In this document: positions 63,799 to 64,000 of the stretch, piece by piece
How the letters are laid out: each line of letters opens with the position of its first letter
How positions within the stretch are numbered: the stretch's first letter is position 1
NCBI GenBank assembly: GCA_035221665.1
Contig: CM069165.1
Coordinates: 19,220,001 to 19,284,000 of the forward strand
Direction of reading: 5' to 3'
Source: Okamejei kenojei
Lineage: Eukaryota
DNA length: 64,000 nt
The notes under the pieces: model-generated
The model's database searches: none
What the model saw: only the letters and a program-made list of their open reading frames with translations
Told to the model about the DNA's origin: nothing
Position numbers and translations under genes: made by a program

Positions 63799-64000
63799 GG
63801 GTGGCACGGTGGCATAATGGTAGAGCTACTGCCTTACAGCGTCAGAGACCCGGGTTCGATCCCGACTACCGATGCTTTTCTGTACGGAGTTTGCATGTTC
63901 TCCCCATGACCTGCATGGGTTTTCTCTGAGATCTTCGGTTTCCTCCCACACTCCACAGATGTACAGGTTTGTAGGTTAATTGGCTTGGTGAAAAATGTAA
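63799..64000 (+). mobile_element. HE1-type tRNA SINE (runs off the window)
   Basis: Box A tggcataatgg, box B ggttcgatccc, V-domain ggtttcctcccacactcc. Confidence 0.92.

Noticed and set aside
63799-63875. tRNA gene
   Set aside because: Box A/B head continues straight into the V-SINE body, so it is a SINE head; same for 1115-1190.
527-63909. The many 60-280 aa ORFs in the supplied track as standalone genes
   Set aside because: They are chance frames or transposon fragments. The real gene consists of 8-51 nt exons that the track only grazes (ORFs 5520..5720 and 36375..36641).
36527-64000. Upstream collagen exon with furin site and CxCP motif
   Set aside because: No matching exon found by eye; the gacttacc site near 37965 is inside a MITE. 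The exon probably lies beyond the window.

Overview
Eukaryotic, AT-rich, repeat-dense intronic DNA from a cartilaginous fish, most likely a skate or ray. This is inferred from HE1-type SINEs, CR1/HER1 LINE tails and Penelope-like repeats. The only host gene is a membrane-associated collagen (MACIT family; COL13A1 most likely, COL23A1 not excluded) on the minus strand. Ten small GT-AG exons (45, 8, 27, 36, 27, 51, 36, 27, 27, 27 nt) between 36526 and 2381 splice in frame to (G)[103 protein letters not shown]. I found no further exon above 36527, so that part appears to be one long intron. The rest is transposon debris: CR1, L1, L2, Rex1/Babar, Penelope-like, tRNA SINEs, a Harbinger transposase remnant, MITEs and a hAT-like element. 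Most notable: (1) a ~130-bp TSD-flanked retroelement whose first 54 nt fold as a complete minimal HDV-like ribozyme with the cut site exactly at the element start; (2) an L1 flanked by a ~238-bp direct duplication; (3) two different Harbinger-type MITEs inserted at the same TGGAG-TAA site of Penelope-like terminal repeats; (4) many minimal hammerhead cores in those repeats; (5) an 8-nt frame-restoring microexon. All family assignments are by eye from remembered motifs, not database searches.
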